Below are positions 61,303-64,000 of a stretch of DNA of 64,000 bases, one piece after another. This DNA is from Cirrosporium novae-zelandiae (taxonomy: Eukaryota), in NCBI GenBank assembly GCA_026023565.1, contig JAPETS010000004.1, positions 682,001 through 746,000 of the forward strand, in the 5' to 3' direction. Position 1 is the stretch's first letter. Each line of letters begins with the position of its first letter. The notes under the pieces are model-generated. The model ran no database searches. It was not told the DNA's origin and was given only the letters and a program-made list of their open reading frames with translations. The translations under genes were made by a program, and so were the position numbers.

Positions 61303-64000
61303 ATGGATGAACCATATAATCCGAACCCCGACGAAGTCGCTGGTTATGGCCAGGAACCTTCACAGTATTATCAATCTCATAATTCGCTTTCAGAGCCATT
61401 CCCCAACCACTTTTATGAGGATTTGAATGAATCTAGTTTACCTACAACCTCGGGGCAAAATGACTATTCGCACACAATCGCCGCTTGGCAGCATCACCAA
61501 CAGCAACAACAGCAACCCCTTCAATATGGCAACCAGAATTACCCCACACCCTTTTTGCCCTCGGCCCCTGATGCATCACGATTCAATAATTTAAACGGTC
61601 AATGGTTTACTCAAAATGTTGGAAATCACATCGCATCTCAGCCATTTGGTGCCAGTGCACTAGGCTATAATCCCAACCTATTAACGAACCAGCAAAACGC
61701 TCACCTTAACACCACCACTCCTTATGCTGTACCCTATGACAATTTTCCTCCTACAATTGCTCCACATGCGTTACAGGCCTCCTATGGCCCTGAGGTTCCG
61801 GCTCCAAATAACCAGGTACGTCCCTATGGCATGAGTTTGAGTTGTCCACCAAGAAGCCGTTTGATTCACTATTAATCCTATTGCTTTCACTGAAGCTAAT
61901 CTTGTGGTTGTAGCCAAGTTCTTCCACTCAGACCGCTCAGAATCCCCCCGAACGTTATGGATCCTTAACTAGCCAACGTAGTGATACCTCGTCCTTACCA
62001 AGATCTTTAGCTACAAAACCTCCCGGGGATCCTCACGATAGACGGTTTATTCAGAACGATATTGTAACCTTGGAGGCTGTGACGAACTCATCAAAGTGTG
62101 CATCTTTCCTCACAATTTCAAAGTCACAGTTCTTATTCGCTACTTCCAAAAGTAAGACTCTTGTTCCACCAACTCTAAAGAATTATCTAAAATATAAATT
62201 AGATCAAATACCCAAGGTAGCTGTAAGGAAATCTAAGAAGGAGGTGGAGGCACTTCTTGGTGGTATATATTCCCCAAGTTTTTCTGTAGGAACCGGGTGT
62301 TAACAATAGCGAATTATAGGTCAGAAAGCATTAGGGAGGAAGAAAGTCAAGCTTTCCTCAATGAAGAGAGCTCTTCAAGCTGGGGATAGTGCCTCAAATT
62401 TTAATTCCCGTAAAGTTAAAAGTGGTAAGCGATAAAATATCTCAACGGTCATGTTCCCACTAATATGACAATGAACACAGATTTTTCATCTCGTATGTCA
62501 ACACAAGGTCAAGTAACATCTGAGTCACCATCGACCTCAACATCCGAGGAGGAAGACGACGATTCCTCGTCATACGTTTCCTCCTCGGATGAAGAAAACG
62601 AGGAGTTGGAAATCATGGCGGAACCCTTTCCTTTATCTTCGACAAGACCCTCAGACCCAATAGCTGGTACAGAATATGATGCAGTCAGGATCATCTGGTC
62701 TCCCCGAAACAAACAAGTAAGTGAGGAGATGATTAGGAATACCCTTGCATCTTACGGACAATTCATTGTTGGTCTACGGGAGAAGTTGAGGACAGATACA
62801 AATACGCTCAAGGAGGCGGAACAGGCGAAACAAGGAGCCAAGATATCAGATCTCAAGAGAAAAACTGACTTGCAGCGAAATAAAATCGACATTGCCCTTA
62901 GTGCTGCCACAGAGTATGGTCATGCAGAATATTTATCCAGGTTAGTAATTACTTTCTTCTCTTGGCGGTTCCTTACATCCCTCTCTTGGAGCAGAAGAGA
63001 GCCCCGTAAATGATCTTTTTAATACAACTATGCAAAGCCGATATTATTTAAAGATAAGGTATTTATCAATTATCCGGACCTAGATAACTTGCCTGGTCGT
63101 TTGCATAAGGACTATGTCTAGTTCACCAAAGATGGTCTTGGCTTGAAAGGTTATGGTGATAGATTGTGGTTATTTGCCATGCCGCGGCATGCCTACGATA
63201 TGAAGATTCCCTAAAATTATCTCGTTTGCCCATGAGGCAACATGAGATTAGACTTATTATTGTATTCGTGCCTTCTCGCAGTGCCAAGCAGCCATTAATT
63301 GTCGCCTTAATCAGTATTTGTACTCTTGCTGACAATTAATAATAGACTTGCTCAGCATAAGCAACTTATGGCCGCATTGCAACAGTTGTTAATCGATCGC
63401 TACCAAGAAAAGGATGTCAACAGCGGGTTAACTCTACACATATTAAGAGTAAGGCATGAGGATTACCCCCAGTTACCCATCTCGTTACTTATGGGATATA
63501 GTTGATGACAAATTTCACTGATCTCGATCGGGATACCTTGGAACGATTCAAGCTTGACAAGATAATCCGCTTGATCACCAAGAAAGGTGCTTCTAAAGCA
63601 AGGGAATTCGCTCAAAAGGTTTTGGACAATGCCGACACTCGATCTAAGAAAGGGGATTCTCCTTCTTCCACCACGAAAGCATCAGACAATAAGGGCGTCT
63701 ACATTACTCCATCCCAGATATCCTCCAGTGCTCGCCAAACAGTGGTCTCAAATGCCCTAAAGAGACCCCGAGAAGGTGATAGTGGGCAGCTTCCGCCTCA
63801 GAAAAAGGCAATCCCTTCTGCAAATAAGGCAGTCACTTCTCAGGCTTCAAAGACTAACGGTACTGCCCTAAAGCGTCCATCCCCAGCAGTTGATAGCAAA
63901 ACCGGCTCAGGTAGTTCTATAAGCGCCTCTTCGAAGGTGAAGATTAACCATATATCTGCAAAGCCATCAAGCCTTATTGTCGGCCTTACTTCTGCCTCCA
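61303..64000 (+). CDS. Multi-exon nuclear protein, possibly PNUTS/Ppn1-like; runs off the window
   Basis: Continuous reading frame through 6 canonical introns; Q/N/P-rich N-terminus; helical segment LMTNFTDLDRDTLERFKLDKII..AQKVLDNA resembles a TFIIS N-terminal domain. Identity is tentative. Confidence 0.6.

Overview
Gene-dense, intron-containing nuclear DNA from a filamentous ascomycete (Pezizomycotina; inferred from GT..CTRAY..AG short introns and the gene set). About 28 protein genes are visible, mostly housekeeping: a Reb1-like Myb protein, MBF1, NADP-IDH, SMC4, an ELYS-like protein, CPSF100, a copper amine oxidase, POL2, COX20, RNase T2, C1-THF synthase, eIF3i, MIM2, eIF2beta, two MFS transporters, a MOT1 molybdate transporter, SLY1 and a 3'-truncated PNUTS/Ppn1-like gene. 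I see no intact transposon, rRNA, tRNA or CRISPR array, and no clear novel multi-gene system. Best leads: a decayed DUF1365 pseudogene; a 68-bp tRNA-T-arm-like dispersed repeat at two loci; an unusually long, structured intron in the Ppn1-like gene; a stem-rich intergenic ncRNA candidate at 46.4-46.7 kb; dual-targeting N-terminal extensions on ADE3 and IDP1; a PP1-docking-like motif in eIF2beta; and a degenerate ~120-bp tandem array. All family assignments are from motif recognition by eye, with no database search.
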